DNA of 34,279 nt from assembly GCA_964470025.1 (NCBI GenBank), contig CAYXZR010000004.1:17551-51829 (forward strand), given 5' to 3'. The notes beneath the pieces are model-generated. The model worked only from the letters and a program-made list of their open reading frames with translations. It was not told the DNA's origin and did not search any database. This DNA is from an uncultured Gammaproteobacteria bacterium. Lineage in GTDB: Bacteria > Patescibacteriota > Patescibacteriia > Buchananbacterales > UBA6539. The translations under genes and the position numbers were made by a program. This document shows positions 7,828-17,654 of this stretch, in pieces; position 1 is the stretch's first letter; every line of letters starts with the position of its first letter.

Positions 7828-9483
7828 ATGAAGCGAATTTGGGGGTTTGTTGCTGCTGGTTTTGCAGCGGCAATTATTATATATGCGTATTGGGTTTGGA
7901 CTCAACCGCAGGACATCTCATATAGTTATTACACTGTTCAACGCGATACTGTAGTTGAAGAAGTTGTTGTGTCTGGAAAAGTACAGCCAGCACAGCTTTT
8001 GACGTTGGCGTTTGAGCAAAGTGGTGCAGTTGAATCAGTAGAAGTGGAAGTTGGTGATTCTGTTAGTGCTGGACAAGTGCTGGCGTTGCAAGATACCACA
8101 GAATTACAAACACAGTTTTCTGAAGCACGTGCTGTACTTAACGCGGAGCAGGCACGACTTTTTGAGCTTGAGCAAGGAACACGTGGTGAAGAGATAGCTA
8201 TAGCAGAAACAAAGTATGCTAATACACAGCGTAGTCTTGAGGATGCAAAAAATAATTTAAATAATACTAAACAAAAAGCAGTTACGGATTTAAATACTGT
8301 TGCGCTTGTTGCCTTGACTTCGTCACAGGAGGCAGTTTTGATTGGCAAAAATTCTTTGATAACTATTGCAGAAATTCAGGAGGATCACTTTCAGACGTTT
8401 GCACCGCAAGAAAATGAGTTGGCAAAGGCTCAGGCAGCGGCAATTTTTGCATTGTTTGACACCTCGACCGGAGGCAGGTTAAAAGAGCAGGCAATTACTG
8501 ATTTGACAGGAGGACTTTATGGTGAGGCACTAAAAGCATTTTTGCAGCCGTCAGTGGAGCAGGCAACACTACTAGTTGTGGATGTGATTTCTGCATTACA
8601 ATCTGTGGGAATTGCCTTAGATACGTTACCTATTGCTAATAGTTTGAGTGCGACACAGAAAAGTAATTTGGCAGCTGCAAAAACATCTATTTCTAATCAA
8701 CTTGTAAAGCTTTCTGATGCTCAGCAAGATATTGTTGTGCAAAGGGTTGCTAATACTAATGCAATTGCAGCAGCTGAACGTCAGGTGACTGATGCACAGA
8801 ATGCAGTTAATAGCGCATTTGATGAGCTGCTGCTAAAGCGTGCCGGTGCAACACCTGAGCAGATTGCGACACAGCAGGCGTTGGTGCGAGCAGCAGAGGC
8901 TAAGGTGGCAACTGTTGAAAGGCAAATTAGTAGACGAAGTATTTTATCACCGATTGCAGGTGTAGTGACTCGTGTTGATATAGAGGACGGTGAGGTTGCC
9001 ACGGCTCAAAATTCAGTCATAGATGTTATCAGTGATAATGTGTATGAGATTGAAGCACGCGTTCCTGAGGTGGATGTGATTAAAGTTGATGTAGAACAAG
9101 AAGCCTTAGTGATGCTTGATGCTTATGGAACTGCTAAAGAATTTAAGGCGATCGTTACCGAGATTGATCCCGCTGAGACAGTTATTGATGGCGTGTCTGC
9201 GTATATAATGACTCTGCAGTTTATTGAGCCAGATGTGAGTATTAGATCTGGTATGACTGCTGAGATTTTCTTGCAAACACGCACTCGTGAAGATGTGCTG
9301 ATTGTACCTCGCCGACTTGTTACTCAGCTTGATGGAAGAAATGCGGTTGAAGTAGTAATTAGCTCTGTGGGTGAGCAACTCATCACTGAACAAAAAATAG
9401 TTACTTTAGGTTTACTTGGTTCAAGTGGTTTTGTTGAAATTGTTTCCGGTCTTAGTGAAGGAGATAAAGTACTTTCACAGTAG
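7828..9483 (+). CDS. Efflux membrane-fusion (HlyD/MacA-like) adaptor with a very long helical insert
   Basis: N-terminal TM, lipoyl halves G.V..V.VEVGD.V..GQVL and SPIAGVV, RSGMTA, and C-terminal VEIVSGLSEGDKV. Confidence 0.9.
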   Translation: MKRIWGFVAAGFAAAIIIYAYWVWTQPQDISYSYYTVQRDTVVEEVVVSGKVQPAQLLTLAFEQSGAVESVEVEVGDSVSAGQVLALQDTTELQTQFSEARAVLNAEQARLFELEQGTRGEEIAIAETKYANTQRSLEDAKNNLNNTKQKAVTDLNTVALVALTSSQEAVLIGKNSLITIAEIQEDHFQTFAPQENELAKAQAAAIFALFDTSTGGRLKEQAITDLTGGLYGEALKAFLQPSVEQATLLVVDVISALQSVGIALDTLPIANSLSATQKSNLAAAKTSISNQLVKLSDAQQDIVVQRVANTNAIAAAERQVTDAQNAVNSAFDELLLKRAGATPEQIATQQALVRAAEAKVATVERQISRRSILSPIAGVVTRVDIEDGEVATAQNSVIDVISDNVYEIEARVPEVDVIKVDVEQEALVMLDAYGTAKEFKAIVTEIDPAETVIDGVSAYIMTLQFIEPDVSIRSGMTAEIFLQTRTREDVLIVPRRLVTQLDGRNAVEVVISSVGEQLITEQKIVTLGLLGSSGFVEIVSGLSEGDKVLSQ

Positions 9484-9485
9484 AT

Positions 9486-10736
9486 ATGGTAAATGTAGTT
9501 CGTGTTGGATTGTACTTGGCATTTCGACAAATTAGGCGTAGTAACTTTTGGGCAACACTCCTAATTGTGTTGATCATGGTGCTAACTTTTTTGAATTTGG
9601 TTTTTATTAATGGAATTTTAGTTGGACTTATTGAAGGCTCTTCTGCTGCTTATCGAGCTCAGTACTCAGGCGATGTATTAATAACATCACTCCCAACTAA
9701 AGATAGAATTGAACAGAGTCAGAATATTATTAAAACTTTACGCGCCTTTCCTGGAGTTGAGACAATTACTTCTCGCTACACTTCTGGTGCAGTTATTGAG
9801 GCAAACTATAAGCGACTACCAAGAATTAACGAGATTTCTGACCGTGTTTCTGCAACACTAGTTGGTATTAACCCTATTCATGAGCAAGAGGTTACAAAAA
9901 TTAGTGATTTAGTTATTGAAGGTAGATTTTTTTATCCAGAAGACGAAAACAAAATTGTAATTGGTAGTGGATTATTAGAAGAATATTCACCAGTTGCTGA
10001 TATTCGAGGTGATGCAGTACTTGAAAATGTTACCGTCGGTAGTAAAGTGCGGATTTTACTTGATGATGTGGTGCAGGAAGTTGAAGTGGTGGGAATTATA
10101 AAGAGTAAGGTGCAAGCTGTAGATATTCGTGTCTTTATGACTGACACAGTACTTCGAAGGATGCTAAATAGAACTGACTATAATGTTGGTGAGATAGCAG
10201 TAGTGCTTAATGATTTAACTACTCCTGAATCGGTGACAAGCGCACTTGCTCGAACTGGATTTGATAAAGATGCTACCCTTCAAACATGGCGTGAGTCTCA
10301 GGGAACTTTTTTTGAAGATATTAGAACAACATTTGATATCTTGGGTAATGTGTTTGGTGTTATAGGTCTTGTGGTTGCAGCTATTACTGTTTTTATTGTC
10401 GTGTTTGTTAATGCGATTACACGACGTAGATACATTGGTATTTTAAAAGGTATTGGTATTCGTGGGGCTGCAATTCAACTCTCTTATGTTGTGCAATCAA
10501 TTTTTTATGCGCTTGTTGGCTCTTTTATAGGTTTGTTGATTTTATATCTTTGGATAAAGCCTTACTTTGATGCTAATCCGATTGATTTTCCATTTAGTGA
10601 TGGTATTTTGGTTGTGCCGCTTGATATTACATTGTTACGAGTTGGATTACTGTTAATTGCAACGATTGTGGCAGGATACGTGCCAGCTAAAATTATCATT
10701 AGTAAAAACACATTAGATGCTATTTTGGGAAGGTAA
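9486..10736 (+). CDS. ABC transporter permease, FtsX/MacB/LolE family
   Basis: TM1, a large extracytoplasmic domain, then 3 TMs with RRRYIGILKGIG and YVPA. Confidence 0.9.
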   Translation: MVNVVRVGLYLAFRQIRRSNFWATLLIVLIMVLTFLNLVFINGILVGLIEGSSAAYRAQYSGDVLITSLPTKDRIEQSQNIIKTLRAFPGVETITSRYTSGAVIEANYKRLPRINEISDRVSATLVGINPIHEQEVTKISDLVIEGRFFYPEDENKIVIGSGLLEEYSPVADIRGDAVLENVTVGSKVRILLDDVVQEVEVVGIIKSKVQAVDIRVFMTDTVLRRMLNRTDYNVGEIAVVLNDLTTPESVTSALARTGFDKDATLQTWRESQGTFFEDIRTTFDILGNVFGVIGLVVAAITVFIVVFVNAITRRRYIGILKGIGIRGAAIQLSYVVQSIFYALVGSFIGLLILYLWIKPYFDANPIDFPFSDGILVVPLDITLLRVGLLLIATIVAGYVPAKIIISKNTLDAILGR

Positions 10737-10738
10737 GT

Positions 10739-11461
10739 ATGATTATTGAAGCGCGAAAATTAACTCGAACGTATACTGTTGGCTCTGTAGACATCCATGC
10801 GCTAACAGATGTTTCACTTGAGGTAATGGCAGGGGAGTTGATAGCAATCATGGGTAAGTCTGGTGCTGGTAAAAGTACACTGCTCTATCAACTTGGGTTG
10901 CTTGATGAGCCTACTTCAGGAGAGTTGATTGTTGATAATGTTTCTATTAATGAGTTAAGTGCTGCACAGCGAACTCAATTCCGTTTAGAGAATTTAGGTT
11001 ATATATTCCAAGATTATGCAGTACTGCCTGAGCTGACTGCGATTGAGAATGTAGTTGTGCCACTGATGATGAATGGTGATAGTAGAACTGCTGCGTATCG
11101 TAAGGCAGATGAAGCTTTACAGAAAGTTGGTTTAGGTTTACGACTAAATAATTTACCGAGTGGACTTTCTGGTGGTGAGCAGCAGCGAGTTGCGATAGCT
11201 CGGGCAATTGCTAACCGGCCCAAAATTTTATTTGCTGATGAACCTACGGCAAGTCTGGATACTGCAACTTCGGAGAGTATACTATCAATTTTTAAAGAGC
11301 TTAATGATCAAGGGCAAACTATTGTTTTGGTTACTCATGAGCACATTTATGGTAAGGTTGCAGATCGTATTATAGAGCTAGAAGATGGAAGTATAATAAG
11401 TGATGTAAAGACACAGTCTCGAAGCAAAGGTAAGTCTGGTAAAAAGTCTAAGAGGAGTTGA
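10739..11461 (+). CDS. ABC transporter ATP-binding protein (LolD/MacB-type)
   Basis: GKSGAGKST, LSGGEQQR, FADEPT and VTHE. Confidence 0.95.
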   Translation: MIIEARKLTRTYTVGSVDIHALTDVSLEVMAGELIAIMGKSGAGKSTLLYQLGLLDEPTSGELIVDNVSINELSAAQRTQFRLENLGYIFQDYAVLPELTAIENVVVPLMMNGDSRTAAYRKADEALQKVGLGLRLNNLPSGLSGGEQQRVAIARAIANRPKILFADEPTASLDTATSESILSIFKELNDQGQTIVLVTHEHIYGKVADRIIELEDGSIISDVKTQSRSKGKSGKKSKRS

Positions 11462-11495
11462 CTACTAAGGTAATATTTTGTAGGGTATAGGGCGT

Positions 11496-12428
11496 ATGTA
11501 TACAGTTATTCTTTATTATAAAATTTGTCGTATTTCTTCTCCTCGATCTGAGGTTGCTACCCATAAGGCACTTTGTAAGCAGTTGGGCCTTAAGGGTCGT
11601 GTGCTTATTAATGAAGCAGGAATTAATGGAACACTTGGAGGTGAGAAAGAATCAATCCAGGCGTATGTTGATGCGATGAATACACATCCGGAGCTTTCTG
11701 GGATTGATTTTAAGTTTAGTAATTCTGAGGTAGAGCCGTTTCCAAAGTTGAGAATTGTCTATCGCGATGAAATTATTACTACTGGAGTTAAACAGGATAT
11801 TGATTTTGCTCGACGAGGAAAGCATGTAGATCGGGATACATTTCACTCATGGCTTAAGAGTGGTGAGGAGATGGTGCTGCTGGATTTGCGAAATGATTAT
11901 GAATGGGAAGTTGGAAGATTTAAAAATGCAATCAAGCCACCAATGAAATATTTTAGAGATATCTCGGAGTACTATTCTTTTTATGAGCAGTTTAAGGGAA
12001 AGAAGATTGTGATGTATTGTACTGGTGGTATTCGCTGTGAACCTGGTTCGGCATTGTTAGTTGGAGCTGGGCTTGATCCAGAGAATACGTATCAACTTGA
12101 AGGTGGTATCGTGAAATATTGTGAGAAGTATGGCAATGAGGGATTTTTTGAAGGAGTATGTTTTGTTTTTGATGAGCGAATGATAGTGCCAGTTCGAGAT
12201 GATAAAGAGCCGGAGAAGATTGCTAATTGTGCTCACTGTTCTGCAAAAACGTTTACTTTTCAAAATTGTGCAAACAAGTATTGTAATTTACTTTTCTTGT
12301 GTTGTGATGATTGTGCTGAATCGTTGCGTACTACTTGTAGTAAGGAGTGCTTAAGTGTAACCGCTGATGCTTCCGCCCTACGTCCACCTCGAGTTAATGC
12401 ACAGAAAGTGCTTCATAGAAATAAATAA
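11496..12428 (+). CDS. trhO: tRNA uridine(34) hydroxylase TrhO (YceA/UPF0176 rhodanese-domain protein)
   Basis: LKGRV....GINGT, D.RNDYE..VGRF, MYCTGGIRCE, QLEGGI.KY, FVFDER and a Cys-rich C-terminus. Confidence 0.88.
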   Translation: MYTVILYYKICRISSPRSEVATHKALCKQLGLKGRVLINEAGINGTLGGEKESIQAYVDAMNTHPELSGIDFKFSNSEVEPFPKLRIVYRDEIITTGVKQDIDFARRGKHVDRDTFHSWLKSGEEMVLLDLRNDYEWEVGRFKNAIKPPMKYFRDISEYYSFYEQFKGKKIVMYCTGGIRCEPGSALLVGAGLDPENTYQLEGGIVKYCEKYGNEGFFEGVCFVFDERMIVPVRDDKEPEKIANCAHCSAKTFTFQNCANKYCNLLFLCCDDCAESLRTTCSKECLSVTADASALRPPRVNAQKVLHRNK

Positions 12429-12436
12429 ACTGCTCA

Positions 12437-13540
12437 ATGTCATTTCGTCGTTACTTTGATATTTTGAGAAATATCGATTGGATTTTATTTGGTTCAGTAT
12501 TCTTACTGATTAGTTTTGGCTTGGCCGCGCTTTACAGTATTGCGATTAGTTCCGATGTGGCAAATTTTGCTAATTTTTCACGGCAGATATTTTTTATTAT
12601 ACTTGGCTTTGGAGTTTTTTTAGTGATGACACTGGTTGGATATCAGTTTTGGCATGCAATTAGTAGTGTGTTATTTTTAGGTTCGGCTGCCTTATTGCTT
12701 TTAGTGTTATTTTTTGGCCAGGTTATTAATGGTACCAAGGGTTGGTTTTATTTATTTGGTTTTGGTTTTCAGCCAGTAGAGCTAGCTAAATTTGGATTAA
12801 TTGTTTTTTTAGCAGCATTTTTGAGTCGCCGTATTACACAAATTAAAGAAGCTCAGACTTTTTGGATGAGTGCACTGAGTGTTGGTATTTTATTTACGCT
12901 TGTAGTATTGCAGCCTGATTTTGGTTCAGCGATTGTGCTTCTGGGTATTTGGTTTTTGATGATCTTTTTGGCTGGAGCAAATCGTTTGTATCTACTGAGT
13001 ATTATCGGCGCTTTGGTGATAGGCTTTGTAGTTTCATGGGCTTTTCTCTTTCAGGATTACCAAAAAGATCGTATCCTTACTTTTCTTAATCCGTCACTTG
13101 ATCCTTATGGGCGCGGATATCATGTTCGGCAGGCTACTATTGCCGCCGGTGCTGGAGGAGTGCTTGGGCGTGGCTTGGGCTTTGGTTCACAGAGTCAGTT
13201 AAAATTTATTCCTGAAAGTCACACTGACTTTATCTTTTCAGTGATTGCAGAAGAATTGGGGTTTGTTGGAGTTTCTCTTATTTTATTTTTTTGGGGCCTT
13301 TTTTTCTATAGATTAGTCCTTGCGGCAGGTAGGATTCGAGATGATTTTGCCACATTATTTATTTTAGGAACATCGGTATTGTTTTTTATCCATTTATTTA
13401 TCAATATTGGGATGAATATTGGTATTTTACCGGTAACTGGTATTCCTTTGCCATTTATTAGTTATGGTGGTAGTTTTATGATAGTTAGCCTTGCAATGCT
13501 TGGTTTAATTGAGGGTATGATAGCTAGATCTCGCATCTAG
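12437..13540 (+). CDS. rodA: SEDS peptidoglycan glycosyltransferase RodA
   Basis: FQPVELAK, LQPDFG, YQKDRI..FL.P..DP...GY, PESHTDFIF, PVTGIPLPFISYGGS. Confidence 0.92.
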   Translation: MSFRRYFDILRNIDWILFGSVFLLISFGLAALYSIAISSDVANFANFSRQIFFIILGFGVFLVMTLVGYQFWHAISSVLFLGSAALLLLVLFFGQVINGTKGWFYLFGFGFQPVELAKFGLIVFLAAFLSRRITQIKEAQTFWMSALSVGILFTLVVLQPDFGSAIVLLGIWFLMIFLAGANRLYLLSIIGALVIGFVVSWAFLFQDYQKDRILTFLNPSLDPYGRGYHVRQATIAAGAGGVLGRGLGFGSQSQLKFIPESHTDFIFSVIAEELGFVGVSLILFFWGLFFYRLVLAAGRIRDDFATLFILGTSVLFFIHLFINIGMNIGILPVTGIPLPFISYGGSFMIVSLAMLGLIEGMIARSRI

Positions 13541-13548
13541 GCGTATTC

Positions 13549-13577
13549 TTGACTTTTTGCTATAATTAGCTTATAGT
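13549..13577 (+). promoter_or_regulatory. sigma70 promoter for the hypothetical gene and rplY
   Basis: TTGACT-17 nt-TATAGT, plus a nested TGcTATAAT at 13558-13566. Confidence 0.65.
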
Positions 13578-13588
13578 ATGTTGCGTAT

Positions 13589-13927
13589 ATGATTGATGAT
13601 ACATTTTTCAATCCATTTGATGAAGGACTCAAGGTTGTGTCAGCTTGCCCAGTTTGTAAGCGACGATATGATCCTGTTGAGGCACGGATTTTGATGGAAA
13701 AAAATGATACACATTTATTGCATATGAAATGTCAATCGTGTAGCTCATCGGTACTTGCTGTGCTGATGTCTAATTCCGCTGGAATGAGTTCGGTGGGATT
13801 GGTGACTGATTTGTCAGCTGATGAAGTGATGTATTTCAAAAATGCTCAGAAGGTTGAGTATGATGATGTGATTACACTTCATAAGTTGATGAAAAATAAT
13901 AAGGTTACAATTGATTCAATTAGATAA
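13589..13927 (+). CDS. Hypothetical zinc-ribbon protein (CPVC...CQSC)
   Basis: Two CxxC pairs; clean ORF between rodA and rplY. Confidence 0.8.
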   Translation: MIDDTFFNPFDEGLKVVSACPVCKRRYDPVEARILMEKNDTHLLHMKCQSCSSSVLAVLMSNSAGMSSVGLVTDLSADEVMYFKNAQKVEYDDVITLHKLMKNNKVTIDSIR

Positions 13928-13946
13928 TTATTAACGTAGAACGACA

Positions 13947-14606
13947 ATGTCAGATTTTGCATTAACATTTGCAGCTCGTAAAAATGATGTCTCTGTTGAT
14001 ACACTTCGAAGCGAAGGATCTATCCCAGCAGTGATGTATGGTCATGGAATTGATACACTCCATGTCTCTGTAAATGCTTCAAATTTTGAAAAAGTATATA
14101 AAGGCGCAGGAGAAAGTACTTTAATTGATGCTACTATTGAAGGTGGTGAAACTGTTAAAGTGCTTATTAAAGATGTGCAACGTGACACCCTAACTCACCA
14201 AATTCTTCATGTTGATTTTTACCAAGTTAACATGAAAGAAAAGATTACTGCTGAAGTAGAGCTGATGTTTACTGGTGAAGCACCTGCGGTGAAAACATAC
14301 TCAGGTGTGCTTGTGACTAACCTTGATAGTGTTGAGGTTGAATGTTTACCACAAGACCTTATTCATGAAATTGCTGTTGATCTTTCATCTCTTGAAGAGC
14401 TTGATCAGCCAATTCGTGTTTCTGATTTGACCGTGCCTGAGGCAGTTAAAATTACACTTGATCCTCAAGAGGTTGTTGCTATTGTTAAGCCACCACGAGT
14501 TGCTGAAGTTGATACACCAGCAGCACCTACTGCGGCAGAGACTGAAGCTAAGGAAGCTGAAGCTAAAGAAGGTTCAGGCGATAAAAAAGCTGAAGATTCA
14601 AAATAA
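13947..14606 (+). CDS. rplY: 50S ribosomal protein L25 / general stress protein Ctc (long form)
   Basis: IPAVMYG, VQRD.....ILHVDF, VEVECLP and an acidic tail. Confidence 0.96.
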   Translation: MSDFALTFAARKNDVSVDTLRSEGSIPAVMYGHGIDTLHVSVNASNFEKVYKGAGESTLIDATIEGGETVKVLIKDVQRDTLTHQILHVDFYQVNMKEKITAEVELMFTGEAPAVKTYSGVLVTNLDSVEVECLPQDLIHEIAVDLSSLEELDQPIRVSDLTVPEAVKITLDPQEVVAIVKPPRVAEVDTPAAPTAAETEAKEAEAKEGSGDKKAEDSK

Positions 14607-14623
14607 TTTAGATTTTGTAGCAA

Positions 14624-15685
14624 ATGCCGGTACAGATTACACACCGAGTTAAAGTCGTGTTGTACATCTGTATCGGTTTTTTGTTTGTTGTGCTGACTGC
14701 CCTTGGGATAAGCTCTAGAATTACTGATGCGACAATTACTGTTTTTTATAATTCGCCACACTACCAACAGCGACCAGTTACGCCTGTTTACTACAGTCAA
14801 CTCAATGGTCAGCCAGTTGAGCTTGAGATCGAGCAGGATCTAACCCCTTTTATTGTGATGATTGAGAATCACGTTGATTCGCGCCCAGTCGCTGGAATTG
14901 ATAAGGCGTCAATTGTCTATGAAGCTATTGTTGAAGGCGAGGTTACGCGGTATATGGCGGTGTTTGATCAGAATGTTGCTGTTGAGCGGATTGGACCAGT
15001 TAGGTCTGCTCGTCCATTTTATGTCGAGCTAGCAGAGGAATGGGATGGTGTCTATTTTCATGCCGGTGGCTCTCCTGCTGGACTGGAAAAACTTAAGACT
15101 TCGCCAATGTATAATATTAACGAGATTTCCGGTGATGGTATTTATTTTTGGCGAGATACACAGCGCTTTGCTCCTCATAATTTATATATTTCAGGTGAAA
15201 ATATGAGACGAGCACGTAGTGCAAAGGATATTGCCACAACTACAGATTCATTTACTCCTTGGAAGTTTAAAGACGATGCAGATATCTCTAGCACTACTTT
15301 TAATTTTGATACAGCTTCCAGTATTGCAACCTCAGTTATAGCTGACTTTGCAGGGCATGATTTATATAAAGTTGAGTTTCGATATTCTTCGTCTTCTAAT
15401 GATTATACGCGTTATTTGGGTGGTCAGCTTCACAAGACTGAGCAAGGTATTATCGTTAAGGCAAAAAATATTATTATCCAGAAAGTTGCTGCTCGTGTAG
15501 TAGATAGTTACGGTCGACTTGCGGTTGATGTTGATGGCTCAGGTGTAGGCGAGCTTTATCAGGATGGAATAAGAAAAGATATTACTTGGGAGCAGGTAGG
15601 GGGTAGGACTTTATATTTTGATGATGATGGGCAGGAGATTAGTTTCAATCGAGGAGTTACTTGGGTGATGCTTGAATACCTTTAG
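14624..15685 (+). CDS. DUF3048 (YerB-like) membrane-anchored extracellular protein
   Basis: VMIEN...RP..G...A..VYE..VEG.VTR, IGPVRSARP, HAGGS and APHNLY. Confidence 0.9.
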   Translation: MPVQITHRVKVVLYICIGFLFVVLTALGISSRITDATITVFYNSPHYQQRPVTPVYYSQLNGQPVELEIEQDLTPFIVMIENHVDSRPVAGIDKASIVYEAIVEGEVTRYMAVFDQNVAVERIGPVRSARPFYVELAEEWDGVYFHAGGSPAGLEKLKTSPMYNINEISGDGIYFWRDTQRFAPHNLYISGENMRRARSAKDIATTTDSFTPWKFKDDADISSTTFNFDTASSIATSVIADFAGHDLYKVEFRYSSSSNDYTRYLGGQLHKTEQGIIVKAKNIIIQKVAARVVDSYGRLAVDVDGSGVGELYQDGIRKDITWEQVGGRTLYFDDDGQEISFNRGVTWVMLEYL

Positions 15686-16530
15686 GAATTACTTTTTTGT
15701 AGTAGTATTACTCGATCTAATTGTGCAAGATCTTTTATAATTCTTATAGAATATTGTGGAAGGTAGTGATGAGCTACTTTTTTTATTTCGATTGATTGAC
15801 GAGGGTCAAGTTCGCCAATAATTACAGATGGGAGTTGATCTCGTTGTTGTAATTGATGAAAGATTGCATGGTATGCTTCTAACCCTTGCGTGCCAGCATA
15901 AAGTGCTTCTTGAGGCTCGTGTTTAATGCTTGCATTAGGTTGAAACATTGTTTTTGTGCCATAGGGAGGGTTTGATACTAGGATGTCAATATGGGTATTT
16001 TTGAGAGGTTCAAGAAAGTTACCTTCAGTAAACTCAACAATAACATCGTGCTTTTTACTATTTTTTTGTGCTACTGTTAGGGCCTTAGAACTACAATCAG
16101 TTGCAACTACTCGCGCCTCTGGTAGCTGTTTTGCGATGGAAATAGCTATACAGCCACTACCAGTGCCAATATCTGCAATCACTACGGGTTCTTTATTAAT
16201 AGTATTAGAAAAATGTAATGCCTGCTCCACGAGTAGCTCGGTTTCTGGTCTTGGCACTAATACGTCATGCGTCACTATAAAATCAAGACCAAAAAATTCT
16301 TTATTACCCGTAATGTAGGCAATAGGAGTGAAGTCACATCGTTTGTCTATGTACGAAAAGAAATCTTTTTCTTCTTGTGGCTCAAGTGATTTTGAGAAAT
16401 AGGTGAGTAGGTATTCTTTTGTTTGACCCAGGGTATGTGCTAGTAAGATTTGTGCATCGAGCTCTGCGGTGGTAATTTCGTGCTCTGTAAGTTTCTGTAT
16501 AGCCTGCTCAAGGGCGGACTGAATAGTCAT
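15682..16530 (-). CDS. prmC: Release factor glutamine methyltransferase PrmC/HemK
   Basis: PIAYITG..EF, VLVPRPETE, DIGTGSG and SNPPY; lies downstream of prfA. Confidence 0.96.
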   Translation of the reverse strand: MTIQSALEQAIQKLTEHEITTAELDAQILLAHTLGQTKEYLLTYFSKSLEPQEEKDFFSYIDKRCDFTPIAYITGNKEFFGLDFIVTHDVLVPRPETELLVEQALHFSNTINKEPVVIADIGTGSGCIAISIAKQLPEARVVATDCSSKALTVAQKNSKKHDVIVEFTEGNFLEPLKNTHIDILVSNPPYGTKTMFQPNASIKHEPQEALYAGTQGLEAYHAIFHQLQQRDQLPSVIIGELDPRQSIEIKKVAHHYLPQYSIRIIKDLAQLDRVILLQKSNS

Positions 16531-16532
16531 GG

Positions 16533-17585
16533 TTATGCTTTTAGTTTTCTGTCTTCTTCGTGGAGCGCTTCGATGATTGGCTTAATATCTCCATCGAGAA
16601 TAGTGGTGAGATTATGCCAGCTCTGTTTGATGCGGTGGTCGGTTACTCGGTCTTGAGGGAAGTTGTATGTACGGATTTTTTCTGAGCGGTCGCCAGTTCC
16701 AATTTGTGATTTACGGGCTTCGGATCGTTCTTTTTGTTGCCGTTCTTGCTCAGCTGCAAATAGTCGAGACCGTAGGATCTGCATAGCTTTGAATCTGTTT
16801 TGGTGCTGTGATTTTTCGTCTTGGCAGCTTACCACGGTGTTGGTTGGTAGGTGAGTAATACGGACTGCGGAGTCGGTAGTGTTTACACTTTGTCCGCCAT
16901 TGCCACCAGAGCGAAATACGTCAATTCGCAGATCTTCGTCTCTAATTTGTATATCTACTTCTTCTGCTTCAGGGAGTACTGCTACGGTTGCTGCTGAGGT
17001 ATGGATGCGCCCTGATTTTTCAGTTTCTGGTACACGCTGCACACGATGAACCCCGCTTTCGTATTGCAGATCACCATATACATTTGTTCCCTTGATTTCA
17101 AAAATTACTTCCTTAAATCCGCCAATTCCAATATTACTTGAACTCATGATGCTTGTTTTCCAGCCTTGGCGTTCTGCGTACCGTGAGTACATGCGGAAAA
17201 GGTCAGCAGCAAAAAGTGCAGCTTCATCACCACCTGTGCCAGCTCGAACTTCAACGATAATATCTTTGTGGGCATAAGGATCTGGTGGAATAAGTGCGAT
17301 ATCTATTTTTTTCTTAAGAGTTTCTAATTCTTCTGACAGTGACGAGATTTCTTCTTCGGCCATGCTTAGTAATTCTTTGTCTGATTCATTGTCTAAAGTG
17401 TCTTGAGCCTGCTCGAGTTGATCAGCTGCTGTCATGTAGCGCTGAATATTTTCAGCGACAACCTTAAGTTGATGAAATCGTGATGATACTTCTTGATACT
17501 TTTTTTGATTAGCAAGAATCTCCTGATTAGTGAGATCAGTTTCTAGCTGTTTGTATTCATCGAGGATTGCTTGATATTTTTTCAT
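16533..17585 (-). CDS. prfA: Peptide chain release factor 1
   Basis: AGTGGDEA, PxT motif (VPETE) and GGQ; likely start is ATG 17585 (MKKYQ). Confidence 0.97.
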   Translation of the reverse strand: MKKYQAILDEYKQLETDLTNQEILANQKKYQEVSSRFHQLKVVAENIQRYMTAADQLEQAQDTLDNESDKELLSMAEEEISSLSEELETLKKKIDIALIPPDPYAHKDIIVEVRAGTGGDEAALFAADLFRMYSRYAERQGWKTSIMSSSNIGIGGFKEVIFEIKGTNVYGDLQYESGVHRVQRVPETEKSGRIHTSAATVAVLPEAEEVDIQIRDEDLRIDVFRSGGNGGQSVNTTDSAVRITHLPTNTVVSCQDEKSQHQNRFKAMQILRSRLFAAEQERQQKERSEARKSQIGTGDRSEKIRTYNFPQDRVTDHRIKQSWHNLTTILDGDIKPIIEALHEEDRKLKA

Positions 17586-17613
17586 AATAGTAGTGTAACA
17601 TTTCTTTTCCATA

Positions 17614-17646
17614 CAAAAAACTCCCTAACAAAGAAGGAGTTTTTTG
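17614..17646 (-). terminator. Intrinsic terminator after rpmE
   Basis: Minus strand AAAAAACTCCTT-ctttgtt-AGGGAGTTTTTT. Confidence 0.75.
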
Positions 17647-17654
17647 TGGCACAG

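Noticed and set aside
11459..11461. Possible alternative genetic code (UGA = Gly, as in Gracilibacteria/Absconditabacteria)
   Set aside because: All long genes translate fully in code 11 with no internal TGA, and TGA ends the ABC ATPase gene
17586..17606. GAAATGTTACA half-site resembling a Zur box near the Cys-free L31
   Set aside because: Only a half match, it lies downstream of rpmE, and it is fully explained as the prfA extended -10 (TGtTACACT)
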